Numbered from the stretch's first letter, positions 45,840 to 55,902 are shown. The stretch is DNA of 64,000 bases from an uncultured Methanosarcinales archaeon (GCA_964510085.1 CAZEAB010000001.1:5753-69752); one strand, 5' to 3'. Numbers and translations: made by a program. Notes: a model not told the origin generated them from the sequence alone.

Positions 45840-47087
45840 ATGACACAACGACAAACACACACTACTGCAGGCGATGAACTGGAATTAATGCTTACAACTC
45901 CAGAGGGAGTTATCACAAATCGTGCTCCAGAAATTCTTAATGCAATAAAAGGAACGCCAATGGAAAAATGGATAGTAAAGGAGTTACTAGATTCACAATT
46001 AGAAGTTATCACAGACCCCCATACAACCATAACAGGGCTCTACAATGACCTTGCATTTCGATTACAGGCATTAGAAGAACTTTGTGCACCTTATGGAGTT
46101 GTTCCAGTTCCTGTAAGTGAAATGGGTGCAGGAAGAGGTGCTATAAATAAAGAACACCTAAGAGGACCAATGTATAATGTGGTTCTTGGAAGCGACGCAC
46201 CGCCAATTTTCTCTTTCAGTGGAACACATACAAACCATGGTTGGCCCGTAGATCCAAAATTAAGACACCATTTTTACAACATCCAACAAGCCATTGATTC
46301 AGCATACGCATTCACCTCGACATCACCAATCTCTCCTGAAGGACTTACAGGAATGAATTCATGGAGAGTATTTACTTTTCGACACGGAGCCCAGAGCCCG
46401 TATGGAGACGATGTTTTAGGAAACAGATTACAAGAATATGTAACATCAATGGAAGAAGTAAATCAACGAGCGTTAGCAAAATGGATACAATGGAGAGAGA
46501 TTGCACAAAAACAAGGAAAATCAACATCATTCGAAAAGCTATTTCAACCAGAGAATACAGGATACATTCCTGTTCGTAAAAAAGAAGCATGGAACGAGAG
46601 TAGAGGAAACGACACCACAACATTTCCTCTAACAATAGCTGCTACCGCATATGTAAAAGGAGTTCTTGACCACGTCCTGAGAGAGGGCATTCCAATAACC
46701 TATGCAACAGAAGATAACGCCTGGCAGTTTCAAACTGGTAAAAGAATAATCCTTCCTAATTACACAACAAGAGTAGCACTAGACCAACAAGCAATGAAAT
46801 ACGGGATGGAAAAGAGGGGAGATCCAAGGTTACGAGATTTTCATGCAGAAGTTTTAGCATTTGCAAAGGCAGGATTGAAAGATGAAGCACATTATCTAAA
46901 TCCATTTCAACATATTTACAATACTGGAGAAAATCCTTCAACAAGGGTAATGAAAGAACTTAGAAGTGAAACATATATAAATGGAAGCGCTTCACATGTT
47001 GATGCGGCGAAGGCAAATAGACTTCTACGCCGCGACTATCGGAACAGTTTACCTGTTCAGAGAGACATTCAACGATGTGCCGCATGA
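45840..47087 (+). CDS. Carboxylate-amine ligase, GCS2 (YbdK / glutamate-cysteine ligase family 2)
   Basis: 'GDELELMLT', 'SQLEVITDPHT', 'SGTHTNHG', 'AFTSTSPISPEGLTGMNSWRVFTF', matching the GCS2 pattern. Confidence 0.65.
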   Translation: MTQRQTHTTAGDELELMLTTPEGVITNRAPEILNAIKGTPMEKWIVKELLDSQLEVITDPHTTITGLYNDLAFRLQALEELCAPYGVVPVPVSEMGAGRGAINKEHLRGPMYNVVLGSDAPPIFSFSGTHTNHGWPVDPKLRHHFYNIQQAIDSAYAFTSTSPISPEGLTGMNSWRVFTFRHGAQSPYGDDVLGNRLQEYVTSMEEVNQRALAKWIQWREIAQKQGKSTSFEKLFQPENTGYIPVRKKEAWNESRGNDTTTFPLTIAATAYVKGVLDHVLREGIPITYATEDNAWQFQTGKRIILPNYTTRVALDQQAMKYGMEKRGDPRLRDFHAEVLAFAKAGLKDEAHYLNPFQHIYNTGENPSTRVMKELRSETYINGSASHVDAAKANRLLRRDYRNSLPVQRDIQRCAA

Positions 47088-47842
47088 TTTTAGTTGTAGG
47101 GAAAATGAACCTTGGTCCAGTAATAGATAGTTTAATTCTTATGGCAAAAGACGACACCAAATCGCATGAATTAAATACTGAACGAGGAAAAGGGAGTTGG
47201 GTTCATCCCGATGGATGGGGAATCGCATATCTCCGAGATGGAAAATTTGTTATTAAGAAATCAATCAAACCAATTTGGGAAGATCCAGAAATAGAAAATT
47301 ATAAAGAACTCAACACACCCATTGCAATATTACACGTACGAAGAAAAACAATGGGCACACCCCATATTGAGAATACACACCCATTCATAGTCAATAACGA
47401 AGAAGAATTTGTATTTTGCCATAATGGAACAGTAGAAGACGAAATTCCATTCTCTCCACTTTTTACACCAACGGGTTCAACAGATTCTGAAAGACTTTTT
47501 TATTCTATAATGACAGATATTAAAAATCATTCGACACCACATTTTATTACAAATAAAATAAAGGCGTTTACAATTAGTAGTGGTTCAAATATTGTTCTTG
47601 TAAATAAAGAAAAATCTGTTGTGGGAGTTAATTACAATAGATACGAAAATTACTATAAGATGTCTCTGGCAAAACTTCCAGAAGGAGTTGTAGTTAGTTC
47701 TGAAGAACTCCCTTATTTAACCGATGTAGAATGGACTAAAGTAGATGATAGCATGATAGTTACAATTAACAACAATTCACAAGAATATAATATTGAAACT
47801 GTAAAAGAACCTATCCTTGAACAACAAAACCTTTCGCATTGA
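47075..47842 (+). CDS. Class-II (Ntn) glutamine amidotransferase-like protein (YafJ/EgtC type)
   Basis: 'MCRMILVVG' with Cys2 nucleophile, 'HPDGWGIAY', 'ILHVRRKTMG..ENTHPF', 'FCHNGTV'. 13-nt overlap with the ligase gene. Confidence 0.7.
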   Translation: MCRMILVVGKMNLGPVIDSLILMAKDDTKSHELNTERGKGSWVHPDGWGIAYLRDGKFVIKKSIKPIWEDPEIENYKELNTPIAILHVRRKTMGTPHIENTHPFIVNNEEEFVFCHNGTVEDEIPFSPLFTPTGSTDSERLFYSIMTDIKNHSTPHFITNKIKAFTISSGSNIVLVNKEKSVVGVNYNRYENYYKMSLAKLPEGVVVSSEELPYLTDVEWTKVDDSMIVTINNNSQEYNIETVKEPILEQQNLSH

Positions 47843-48902
47843 AAATTCTTCGTAAAGAATCATCTATTTGTTCTTCAGAAATTTTTCCTTCTTCAACCGC
47901 TTTTGCAACTACTTTAATCATCCGGTATACTTCATTAGGATCTCTGTCAAAATTTAATACAATATCATTTCCTGCATTAAATACGGCAACATACATCTCA
48001 TCAACAGTATCAAAAAATGTTTTTAACCCAAGCATGTGAATTTCATCCGAAATTAAAAGCCCATTATACCCTTCACGCAATTGGTTAAATACTGGTTTAG
48101 AAACTACTGCAGGAACTCCTTGGGAATCAACTTCTCCGGTGCTTATAACATGACTCACCATAATTGCTTGAACCTCGTCGTTCATAAACCGATAAGGATA
48201 TACATCCTCTTTCCCAATTTCTGCTGCAACAAGGAATTTATGGGGATCTTTAACAACTAACGTTTTTCCAGGATAATGTTTTGCTGTCGCAATAACATTG
48301 TGAGATTGTAATCCCTTTACATAAGATGTAGCTAATTCCCCAATTCTCTTTTCGTCACCTTGAAAACTTCGACATTTCCATATAGAATCTTCTAAATCTA
48401 CAACTGGAGCAAAGTTAAGGTTAAATCCCAACTTCTTAAGATATGCTCCATCATTAACACCTTTTTCAAACGCTTCTGTTTGCGTAGTTATGTCTGAAAC
48501 TGAAATAAAATCTCGAAGATGCGAAAATGGACCAACACAACCCTCTAAATCTGCCGTAATAAAATAAGGTATGTCAACAGTTTTCTGAAACTCGGCTATT
48601 TGAGTAGAAAAAACATCTTCAGTTTGTCGAGCAAAAAAATGGACTCCACCAAGATGCATTTTACTCCAAATATCAATATATGTTGGTTCTGCCTGAACTA
48701 CAACCATCTGAGATATTTTCTGGTCAAGTGTTAACCCATTTAAGTTAATTACACCATCTTCAACAAATATTGGTTCTTGATCTGGAATAAATAAACCTCT
48801 TGCTTGTGCTACATTTAATGAAGCAAGAAATAAGACAACAGTAAGTAAGAAAAGAAATAAATGTTCTTGAGTCACTTTACCACTTTTCTTTTTTTGTTTC
48901 AT
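47811..48902 (-). CDS. Glycoside hydrolase family 3 (beta-N-acetylhexosaminidase/NagZ-like), membrane-anchored/secreted
   Basis: 'ITADLEG', 'KHYPGKT', 'MVSHV', 'LISDEIHMLG'. Start chosen at 'MKQKKKSGK' (TAATG coupling to the upstream ORF). Confidence 0.7.
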   Translation of the reverse strand: MKQKKKSGKVTQEHLFLFLLTVVLFLASLNVAQARGLFIPDQEPIFVEDGVINLNGLTLDQKISQMVVVQAEPTYIDIWSKMHLGGVHFFARQTEDVFSTQIAEFQKTVDIPYFITADLEGCVGPFSHLRDFISVSDITTQTEAFEKGVNDGAYLKKLGFNLNFAPVVDLEDSIWKCRSFQGDEKRIGELATSYVKGLQSHNVIATAKHYPGKTLVVKDPHKFLVAAEIGKEDVYPYRFMNDEVQAIMVSHVISTGEVDSQGVPAVVSKPVFNQLREGYNGLLISDEIHMLGLKTFFDTVDEMYVAVFNAGNDIVLNFDRDPNEVYRMIKVVAKAVEEGKISEEQIDDSLRRIFNAKGFVVQG

Positions 48903-49234
48903 TATTTGCTCCAATACGGTTGCTGTGTACAATACGAGTATGCATCATTATTTAACCAAATTTTTATTTTGTCTGTTGAAGAACAGACTTTAGTGAAATC
49001 TTCCATCCTTTCAGAATTACAATCTAATTGTTGAGTTGCTTGCAAACAACATCTATCAATATCTGGCCATAAGGATACTTCACCATTAGATTCCACCGCA
49101 CAAATAAGGTTATCACCAGAAATTATCGCCTGACCTAAAGAAGGCACGTTAACATGAAACAAATTTAGTGTTAATAATAAGACAATTCCTAGTAATGAAG
49201 CATTGATAACAACCCATTGCCGTTCTGAGACCAT
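48902..49234 (-). CDS. Small Cys-rich exported protein
   Basis: N-terminal TM/signal, 6 Cys in 80 aa; coupled to the GH3 gene. Confidence 0.4.
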   Translation of the reverse strand: MVSERQWVVINASLLGIVLLLTLNLFHVNVPSLGQAIISGDNLICAVESNGEVSLWPDIDRCCLQATQQLDCNSERMEDFTKVCSSTDKIKIWLNNDAYSYCTQQPYWSK

Positions 49235-49283
49235 GCAAAAATAAATGAAAAAGTATATATAAAACTATTCTTATTAAGCAAGA

Positions 49284-49526
49284 ATGGTCAGGAAAAAAGT
49301 AAAGATGTATATGACACCAAAATGCGAATGGTGCAAGAAAGCTAAAATTTGGTTTAAGAAAAAAAGAATCAAAGTAGAAGATTTAGATATCGTTGAACCA
49401 CAACATCAACCATTACGAGATGAAATTCTTCACAAAACAGGACAATTTATCACACCAACGTTCGATATTGAAGGAAAAATAATTGTTGGGTTTGATGAAG
49501 AAGAATTAGAAAAAGCGTTGGCATAA
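49284..49526 (+). CDS. Glutaredoxin/NrdH-like thioredoxin-fold protein
   Basis: 'YMTPKCEWCKKAK' CxxC active site; 80 aa; 'TPTFDIEGKIIVGF'. Confidence 0.75.
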   Translation: MVRKKVKMYMTPKCEWCKKAKIWFKKKRIKVEDLDIVEPQHQPLRDEILHKTGQFITPTFDIEGKIIVGFDEEELEKALA

Positions 49527-50393
49527 TCACTTCGTCAACGTAATCGACTTTTTCTTAGTAAATACATAATCGTAACTAAAATCTAATGCAACAGTAGTCA
49601 CATAAGGGCTTCGAGAATCAATTAAAGCTCTACATACGAGAGTTGCATCTTTATTATCCTCAAAATCAAACAATTTATCGTTGTCTGCACTATTTTGAAA
49701 TTTACAACCCATATCCTTACTTCCCATACGAGCAATTCCTAAAGCAACTTTACCAACCTCTCCTTTCCCTCTATTTTTAAGAGTAAACCTAAATTCCACT
49801 TCCGCACCCTCACCTGGGAATGTAATCTGTTCTAATTTAGTTACAGCTAATGGAGACCCTTGTCCAGAATAACTTTTTGTATCATCTACACGACAACTCT
49901 CTTTTTTTCCAATAGTATAAATTCCAGGATGAATACAGACAGTATCAAAATAATCTGAAGTGGACTTATATGAGGCAGTAAGAATAAAATTGTCTTTAAT
50001 TTCCTTTTCATTATCATTTAACGTGCCGGTTCGTACATCAAAAGAAACGAGTTGTCTATCGCCCACAGGGTTTGTAACACTTCTTCCTTGTAATCTATCA
50101 ATTTCTTGTTTTGAATCTGCAATAAAAAAGTGAGTTTCATCTAATCCAATAAGCCTCATATCTACATCAAAAACATCATACGCTGCTTCGTTCTCAACAT
50201 CAATTATTAATTTAAGTGGAGAATCTTGAAATACTTTTGATGGAGGAGATCCTTTAACAAAATCAAATGAGACTTCTTTTACACCTCTTTGATAATTCAC
50301 ATCAGAAACACTCCTACTACCTCCACTAGTACAACCAACTATAATAATAACTAGCATCAATAATAGTACTGTAAATAAAAACTTCCTATTCAT
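49527..50393 (-). CDS. Putative surface lipoprotein
   Basis: 'MNRKFLFTVLLLMLVIIIVGC' signal plus lipobox-like Cys; beta-rich remainder. Confidence 0.5.
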   Translation of the reverse strand: MNRKFLFTVLLLMLVIIIVGCTSGGSRSVSDVNYQRGVKEVSFDFVKGSPPSKVFQDSPLKLIIDVENEAAYDVFDVDMRLIGLDETHFFIADSKQEIDRLQGRSVTNPVGDRQLVSFDVRTGTLNDNEKEIKDNFILTASYKSTSDYFDTVCIHPGIYTIGKKESCRVDDTKSYSGQGSPLAVTKLEQITFPGEGAEVEFRFTLKNRGKGEVGKVALGIARMGSKDMGCKFQNSADNDKLFDFEDNKDATLVCRALIDSRSPYVTTVALDFSYDYVFTKKKSITLTK

Positions 50394-52053
50394 CTTGAAA
50401 CACCGTTATTGCTTTTTTAGCATGTAGTTCATAATCATATAATAAAGTGCCTTCTATTTTGGATTCAATGTAGTCTTCTTCTGGCTCTTCTAAATGATAA
50501 GGCAAATTACTCACTCCACAAGAAGCAAACTGAACCACATCTGTTTTAAGTTTCTTTGAAGAAATATCTATATCTCCTCCTGACGAACATGGTGCACCAA
50601 AACTTTCCATGTTTGAAGTGAATTGTGAAAGTCTAAGCAGTTTTCCTTTTCCCTTATTCTCAGCATAAAAAATTAATTTTAATTTTTCTGTGCCAGCGAT
50701 TACAGTATTTGATGTTGATCCCTGTCCCAAACCAATTCCAAGAGTAACATAATCTTTAGGAACGTCAGCAGAACCAAATTTAGATGTTAATTTTTCTTCC
50801 ATACGAACTAATGAATCATCTTTTGAAGCACGGCTTGCTTCACTTTCTAAGATCCGTTCCAATATTGGGCGAGTTCTTTCTTTAATGAAAAAACGAGTTA
50901 ATGTCGCATCTGTTTTCATTCCATGAAGGGTTACATTAAAAATAAGGTCATATTTTCCCTCTAATTCCTCTGATGTTGTACATTCAAAAGTATCAGATTC
51001 TTCTTCTACTCGTCCATCTCGTTTAGGTATAATTAATTGCTCTGGAGAGATTGTACCAGTAATTGTTTCTTTCTTTCCTTTAAATTGGCATACGGCGGTC
51101 ATCCCAATATCTGCATCCGTTGGATTCTTATATGTGATTCGTATAGGAAATTCTTGATTTCCTAAGAATGAACCTTTATACCATGCTTTATCAAAATCTA
51201 ATTCTACTTTAATCGGTTCCTTTCGTGACGTTTTTTTAACAGTAAGAGGGATATTACCTTGAGTTCTTGTTTTGATACATTCCTTTTGTAATATTTCATC
51301 ATCTTTAAATTTCTCTTTACAATACCTTTGTGCCTTCTTTTCCTCTAAACATTCTCCAGAACTAGAATCGCCATAATTGGATAAGACAATTCCGCACGTA
51401 ATTAAATCGCCAAACGTGTTTTTTGTTTCTTCATACCCCTTTTGCACTTGTTGAATCCCTTTTTCAGTGGTTTCTTTATATTCTTGAAAAGCTTGATCTT
51501 GATATGTATCTGCAAATGCATCCGTGCCTGCAACCAATGACATAAGGAGGAAGAATATAATTGAAAGAAATATAACCAATAATATTTTAGCTGGCCACCC
51601 TAAAGGCTTCTGCTGTTTTAAATTGTCTATTACACCTAAAATAAATAAGCTTAATGCAAGAATAACCCACACAAAGATATGTAAATTTAAGATAACAGAT
51701 TGCATAGCGTCTGGAATAATGCCTAATTTGAAAAATGGAAGTAGATCTACAATTATAGCTAATACAACAACCCATATGCCAAAACTTTTTTCAGGTGTAC
51801 TTTTTACTGCTACAAAAAATATAAACCCTACAACAAGTGAAATAACTATTGAGATTGATTTTGGGAATCCAATAAATCCCTTTACAAAAAATGCTGCTCC
51901 TGCTAATAATAAAAGTAAGATGTATAACCCCATACCTGCTGCATTTGGTGTTGATGAACTTGATGTAGAACCAGAACCAAGAGATATTGAAATGTTTCTT
52001 TTAGATTTACTCTTACCACTACCTTTATCGTCTTTTGTATCTGCCATCATCAA
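50386..52053 (-). CDS. Membrane protein with Ser-rich N-terminus, about 5 TM and large extracellular domain
   Basis: Hydrophobicity pattern. The extracellular part is Cys-containing and beta-rich. 8-nt overlap with the downstream lipoprotein gene. Confidence 0.5.
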   Translation of the reverse strand: MMMADTKDDKGSGKSKSKRNISISLGSGSTSSSSTPNAAGMGLYILLLLLAGAAFFVKGFIGFPKSISIVISLVVGFIFFVAVKSTPEKSFGIWVVVLAIIVDLLPFFKLGIIPDAMQSVILNLHIFVWVILALSLFILGVIDNLKQQKPLGWPAKILLVIFLSIIFFLLMSLVAGTDAFADTYQDQAFQEYKETTEKGIQQVQKGYEETKNTFGDLITCGIVLSNYGDSSSGECLEEKKAQRYCKEKFKDDEILQKECIKTRTQGNIPLTVKKTSRKEPIKVELDFDKAWYKGSFLGNQEFPIRITYKNPTDADIGMTAVCQFKGKKETITGTISPEQLIIPKRDGRVEEESDTFECTTSEELEGKYDLIFNVTLHGMKTDATLTRFFIKERTRPILERILESEASRASKDDSLVRMEEKLTSKFGSADVPKDYVTLGIGLGQGSTSNTVIAGTEKLKLIFYAENKGKGKLLRLSQFTSNMESFGAPCSSGGDIDISSKKLKTDVVQFASCGVSNLPYHLEEPEEDYIESKIEGTLLYDYELHAKKAITVFQDE

Positions 52054-52116
52054 CTCTTTTTACAGTATTAAAGAAGAAGTGTATAAAAAGGTTTTCTCTA
52101 TATTAGGCCTCTACTA

Positions 52117-53310
52117 TTAATCCTCAATTAATTCAACTGTTAATTCACGAACTTCAAGAGTTCTTCGAGGTTTAATCTTAACCGCATTATTACCCTTAAC
52201 AATATCATCACTTAAATCAATTCTATACCTATACTTATCTGTATCAAAACTAGACATATGCCCATTGAATAAAATATCTCCCTGTTGGTTCTCAGAAACA
52301 TCAACAAAGTTAAGTTCTAATTCTAAATTTTTATCTCCATCATCAACTGAATCAAACTGTTCTTGAGATAATTCAAAGTAATATGTTGGGAAGTCTACTT
52401 CATTAAGTTCTGATTCTATTGTAATCCCATTTAATTGATATGTTCCTTTCGCTGTAATAAATTCTAATTGGTTATTCCCCTCATATAACTGGTCTGGTGA
52501 AAATTCGATTGGAACCATCTTAAGAGCACAATCGGGGATTGCATTGTAAATCTCTTTTGCGTTTAATAAGATACGTAACTTCCCCACTTCAGTTAATTTA
52601 CAATCTGGTTGAAATCGTAATCGTGTTTCTTTTAAATTTCGTTTTTCTGTAGTTCCTACAATAAATACATTTCTAGACGATTGTGCACCTATATCTGTAA
52701 TATCTGCGACTAAAAGAACATTTTCAAGAGTTGCGCTATTTGTATGCCAAAATGCTGCACCAGGAGATGCAGACATAAACACAATAATATTGTCCTTTTG
52801 CAACTGATTTCGAGGGATTATTACTGGAGAAGTTTGCTCTTCAGATCTTTCTGCAATTTGTTCTCCATTCAAGTAAATGAATAATCCTCCCTCAATATCT
52901 TTAATATCAAAACCTAAAACTGCATTCTCTGTATTTTTTAAATCTTCAACAATAAATGGAAGTTCTCCCATTTTTTCTTCAAAAGCACCTTTCTTAATTG
53001 AAATAAAAGATTTTTCTGCAAGAATTTTACTCTCGTCTTTTGTATATATAGTTACAACAGGAATTTGGTGTTCCAACTTCTTTTGGGCAAGATAATCAAT
53101 TCTTCCTGGTTTTGCTTCAAGTAACACTTCATCAGGAACTGTTGTAGATTTTGAAACTGATGTTGATGAAGAACTTGTACTTATATTCTCATCTAATAAT
53201 TCAGCTCGTTCTCCAGGAGGGATGAGAATAATAAATAGAACTAACATGCCTGCAATTATCGCAAGTAGAATCGCTGCACCTGCCGCCGCCTGCCCTTTTT
53301 TTCGTTCCAT
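52117..53310 (-). CDS. Surface protein with archaeal class-III (type IV pilin-like) signal peptide
   Basis: 'MERKKG|QAAAGAAILLAIIAGMLVLFIILI': basic residues, Gly at -1, Gln at +1, and a roughly 22-residue hydrophobic helix. Confidence 0.5.
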   Translation of the reverse strand: MERKKGQAAAGAAILLAIIAGMLVLFIILIPPGERAELLDENISTSSSSTSVSKSTTVPDEVLLEAKPGRIDYLAQKKLEHQIPVVTIYTKDESKILAEKSFISIKKGAFEEKMGELPFIVEDLKNTENAVLGFDIKDIEGGLFIYLNGEQIAERSEEQTSPVIIPRNQLQKDNIIVFMSASPGAAFWHTNSATLENVLLVADITDIGAQSSRNVFIVGTTEKRNLKETRLRFQPDCKLTEVGKLRILLNAKEIYNAIPDCALKMVPIEFSPDQLYEGNNQLEFITAKGTYQLNGITIESELNEVDFPTYYFELSQEQFDSVDDGDKNLELELNFVDVSENQQGDILFNGHMSSFDTDKYRYRIDLSDDIVKGNNAVKIKPRRTLEVRELTVELIED

Positions 53311-53447
53311 CTACTTCTAAGAAATATTTGTCATATATAAATTATACTGTTGCTAGGTACAATTGTTAGAGATAATTATAAAAAATTAGTTTAATTTATA
53401 ATTGAAGTTATAACAATGTTTAAATAAGTGCTTATTTTATTTTAATC

Positions 53448-53837
53448 ATGATAAAGAAAATGCTCATTGTGATTTTTTTAATATTTTTAGTTCCTACAGC
53501 ACTAGCTGAAATTTCTCCTCGTTACATTGCAATGGAATTTTGTGAAGCTCAAGGATTTGTTGTTGAGCAAGGGAATGAGATACCTGATGAGAACTATAAT
53601 TTTTATGATTTATGTGTTTTTGATAATGGAAATAAATGTAACACCTATGAATTTCAATCTGGGGAGTGTGGAGAAGAACATAAAAAAGAATTATCTTGTG
53701 CTAAAGAGGGAGAAAGTCCAAGATTTAGAGGATGTTGCTTTGGTTTATACTCTCCTCCCATTATTGGTCCACCTGCTGCTTGTGAAAAAGTTGGATTCTT
53801 TCAAAGCATTATAAACTGGTTATTTTCTATATTATGA
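53448..53837 (+). CDS. Small secreted Cys-rich protein (DUF333-like N-terminal half)
   Basis: Signal peptide, then 'FCEAQGFVVEQ..YDLCVFDNGNKCNTYEFQSGECG'. Confidence 0.4.
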   Translation: MIKKMLIVIFLIFLVPTALAEISPRYIAMEFCEAQGFVVEQGNEIPDENYNFYDLCVFDNGNKCNTYEFQSGECGEEHKKELSCAKEGESPRFRGCCFGLYSPPIIGPPAACEKVGFFQSIINWLFSIL

Positions 53838-53883
53838 ACATCACACACTAATCTTTTTATAGTCAACCACTCTAACCAATAAA

Positions 53884-54930
53884 ATGCACATCGTAAAGAA
53901 AGACTTTCGAAAGGGAACAATCAAAATACGTATTGATGACCCAGACGACCTTTGGTACCTAAACACTATAATAGAAACAGGAGATTTAGTTAAAGGGAAA
54001 ACCACGCGAAAAGTTCGTATTGGAGATGGAGATAATGCAAAAGTTACCAAAAAGACTCTTACTTTACAGATTGAAGTAGAAACTGTAGAATTTACATCAA
54101 CTTCATTACGAGTTAATGGAAAAATTAAAGAGGGGCCAGAAGATATCCCACGAGACAGTTACCATGCTATTTCATTAGAAATTAAAGGAGAATACACAAT
54201 CCACAAAGATAACTGGTTTTCATATCATAAACAAAAACTTGAAGAAGCTACATCAAAAAAGTATAATTACCTTCTTTGTCTTCTAGATAGAGAAGAAGCA
54301 ATTTTTGCAATAACAAAAAAATATGGGTATAAAGTATTAACAAAACTAAAAGGAACTGTTCCAAAGAAAAGTAGAGAAATTTCTGGAACAAAAGATTTCC
54401 AAAAAGAAATTATTACACAAATTGAAGAATACAACACGAGATTTACTCCAGATGCTATTATTATTGCGTCTCCAGCTTTCTATAAAGATGAAATTTCAAA
54501 GCGAATTTCCAATAAAGAAATTAAAAAGAAGATTGTTCTTGCGATATCTTCATCCGTTACAGAAAGGGCGTTGGACGAAGTAATAAAACGTCCAGAATTG
54601 GCATCAATCTTAAAGGACAGTAGAGCAAGACAAGAACAGATGTTGGTTGAAGAGCTGTTAAGCGCAATCAAAAAAGGGAACCTTGCATCGTATGGTTTTG
54701 AACATGTTACTGAAGCTGTAGAAGCTGGTGCAATAAGCACATTATTATTTACAGATAAATTTATACAAAAAAGAAAAGAAAGTGGTGAATTTGTCGACGT
54801 AGAAGAACTTCTTAAAAAAATAGATTCATTGCAAGGAAACATTCACATTATTTCTTCTGAACACGAAGGTGGAAAAAAGCTAGATGGTCTTGGTGGAATT
54901 GCCGCGTTACTTCGTTTCAAGATACATTGA
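53884..54930 (+). CDS. pelA: Pelota (Dom34 homolog), mRNA surveillance factor
   Basis: 'GTIKIRIDDPDDLWYLNTIIETGDLV' N-domain and eRF1-like C-terminal domains ('GAISTLLFTD'). Confidence 0.85.
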   Translation: MHIVKKDFRKGTIKIRIDDPDDLWYLNTIIETGDLVKGKTTRKVRIGDGDNAKVTKKTLTLQIEVETVEFTSTSLRVNGKIKEGPEDIPRDSYHAISLEIKGEYTIHKDNWFSYHKQKLEEATSKKYNYLLCLLDREEAIFAITKKYGYKVLTKLKGTVPKKSREISGTKDFQKEIITQIEEYNTRFTPDAIIIASPAFYKDEISKRISNKEIKKKIVLAISSSVTERALDEVIKRPELASILKDSRARQEQMLVEELLSAIKKGNLASYGFEHVTEAVEAGAISTLLFTDKFIQKRKESGEFVDVEELLKKIDSLQGNIHIISSEHEGGKKLDGLGGIAALLRFKIH

Positions 54931-55014
54931 GTTGCTATTTTGGAAAACCACAACCTTTTAATAGTAGTTGACTTTACTGATGTATTAGTAACAAAAAGAG
55001 GGAGGGTGTTAAAA

Positions 55015-55809
55015 ATGATAGTAAAAGATGATTTGTTAAGCCAACTACGAAGATATTTTGATTTGAATTTATATGAAGTAAAGTTATGGACAGCACTATT
55101 AAGCCGAGGTGTTTCTACTGCAGGAGAATTGTCCGATATTGCAGACGTTCCACGAAGTAGGAGTTATGATGTTCTTGAATCTTTAGAGAAGAAAGGATTT
55201 GTTGTAATGAAATTGGGAAAACCAATAAAATATATTGCAATTCCTCCAACAGAAGTTGTTTCTAGAGTAAAAAAGAATATGCACGAAGTTGCACAAGAAA
55301 AAGTTAAGAGATTAGAAAGTGTAAAAGATTCAGAATTAATGAATGAGCTTACCACACTACATACTCAAGGAGTAGCATTAATTGATCCGGCAGATATTAG
55401 TGGATGTTTACGAGGAAGAAACAATCTTTACAACCATATGGATTTGTTAATTAAAGAAGCGAAAAGTTCCGTTAACATTATTACCTCTGATAAAGGATTT
55501 ATGAGAAAAGCAGAAGGATTAAAGCCAGCTCTTACAAAAGCAAATAAAAGAGGAGTAAAAGTAAGAATTTTAGCACCCCTTACAAAAGAGAACAAGAAGA
55601 TGGCAGAACAACTTAAGAATATTGCCGAAGTTAAACATCACAACAAGTTAAATTCTCGATTTATAACTGTTGATAGTAAAGACTTAGTGTTTATGGCTTT
55701 AAATGATAAAGAAGTTCACCCTTCATACGATTTAGGTATTTGGGTAAAGACACCGTACTTTACAAGTGCTATGGATCATATGTTCAATAATGTATGGGGA
55801 ATGAAGTAA
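55015..55809 (+). CDS. TrmB-family transcriptional regulator
   Basis: 'LNLYEVKLWTALLSRGVSTAGELSDIADVPRSRSYDVLESLEKKGFV' wHTH. ATG at 55015 is preceded by GGAGGGTG. The upstream TTG start in the ORF track is unlikely. Confidence 0.75.
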   Translation: MIVKDDLLSQLRRYFDLNLYEVKLWTALLSRGVSTAGELSDIADVPRSRSYDVLESLEKKGFVVMKLGKPIKYIAIPPTEVVSRVKKNMHEVAQEKVKRLESVKDSELMNELTTLHTQGVALIDPADISGCLRGRNNLYNHMDLLIKEAKSSVNIITSDKGFMRKAEGLKPALTKANKRGVKVRILAPLTKENKKMAEQLKNIAEVKHHNKLNSRFITVDSKDLVFMALNDKEVHPSYDLGIWVKTPYFTSAMDHMFNNVWGMK

Positions 55810-55902
55810 TTCGTTCCTAAATATTTATTTTTTCTTAATATTTTCTATTAATACATAATATTTCTCGTTAATTTTATAAATGAATTCTCTTTGAAGATGT
55901 AA

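Noticed and set aside
51524-52120. 198-aa plus-strand ORF
   Set aside because: It is antisense to the N-terminal TM region of the 555-aa membrane protein gene, which is supported by its operon context.
54940-55014. TTG-initiated N-terminal extension of the TrmB regulator
   Set aside because: The ATG at 55015 is preceded by a GGAGG-like sequence, and the wHTH domain begins right after it. The extension has no regulator-like sequence.
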